NCBI RefSeq assembly: GCF_032062105.1
Contig: NW_026923852.1
Span: 62,001 to 126,000 of the forward strand
Length of the DNA stretch: 64,000 nucleotides
From: Saccostrea cucullata
Taxonomy: Eukaryota
Direction: 5' to 3'
Made by a program: the position numbers and the translations under genes. Below are positions 62,932 through 64,000 of the stretch, one piece after another (position 1 is the first letter of the stretch; each line of letters begins with the position of its first letter). Under the pieces are notes generated by a model, which did no database searches, was not told the DNA's origin, and saw nothing but the letters and a program-made list of their open reading frames with translations.

Positions 62932-64000
62932 TAAATCACTGTTATTTACCTTCACCTGATTCTAAAATATGTTATCAAGAAATACCTTTATGTATTTCTA
63001 GCTATTGAAATATTATGAGGGAGGTAGATGAAATTTAAGGTTTAAAACCAAACAAAGAAAAAATATAATAATGTATCTGATCACATGGTTTTGCTAAGAG
63101 TAATGCTTTATATATGTGTATGTATTAGGCGTTTGATTTCTCTACACCACATGCGCTAAATAAACAATGTCTCATGGCCATATTACAAAATAAAGCTCAT
63201 ATATACATGAAAAAACATTCTGGTTCATACGCATTTTAATGCATGTTGTTGTATGCTGTGTCAAAACCACTGAGTTCCAAGTTGATTTATAAGAGATATA
63301 TATCGTAGAATTGCGTAAGGAATATTGTTACCAAAAAAAGTCACAAAAGGTAATAAAATATAAAAAGTGTCCTAAAGCTTAAGTAGTCAAAACACACTAA
63401 ATAACATAAACAGAGGTAACAATGAATGAATACATTTAAATACCCCTTTAATTTAAACAATACTGTATTTTATTTTGACTACAGAGATGAAAAGGACTTT
63501 GTAGCAAGTAAAGTCTAAGATAGTGTCCAAAAGTATCAAACTGCATAATATAATGTTACTTGGTTTCCAGTGTGTTTTAAAAATGTACCTTTATAACTTT
63601 GGCAATTAATTAGTATCATAATAAAATTACCAAATAAGCCACAGAATTTTAAAAGAAACAATACTTCTTTTCCTCTATCATTTTAATTAATTTACCTTTA
63701 TAACTGTGCTAGGTTGTCTTAAAGAAACGTTTCCAAAAACATCTGATTGAGAGGGATGTGGTCGCATATTTCTCACGTGACCAGATCTGCTTTGGTGGTA
63801 CTGATTGGGTAGAGCTAAAATAAAAGTCTACTGTACTTTTAAAAGTGTATAACAATGGACAATGAAGAATTTTTTTCATAATGACAAGCTTGAATTATTG
63901 ACAGAAATACATGAAAATGATATCATTCTTGTATATTGACCAGGGATCTAAAATGAATTTATTCATCTTAAATCTTGAATGAAATGGAAATATGGACATT

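Overview
AT-rich eukaryotic genomic DNA, most consistent with an oyster-like bivalve (inferred from the Helentron/HINE satellite-carrying elements and the gene content). Hand-splicing supports seven protein-coding genes: DHRSX (-, 7 exons), a small myristoylated stathmin-like protein (-, 2 exons), an intronless PTB-domain protein (-), an activin type II receptor (+, 9 exons), a PAR/C-EBP-like bZIP factor (-) whose leader has an ATF4-style start-stop uORF plus an overlapping uORF, a secreted ShKT + 6xEGF protein ending in a possible amidated Trp-rich peptide (+, 10 coding exons), and an adaptor with a C-terminal SH2 domain that lacks the FLVR arginine (-, 5' end uncertain). The non-coding DNA holds a ~4.93 kb tandem duplication that breaks inside DHRSX exon 1, several HINEs carrying 156- or 166-bp satellites, nested MITEs, Penelope-like relics, and three TACG-ended, 6-bp-TSD foldback elements with different periodic arrays. 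All exon coordinates were derived by eye; no database searches were run.
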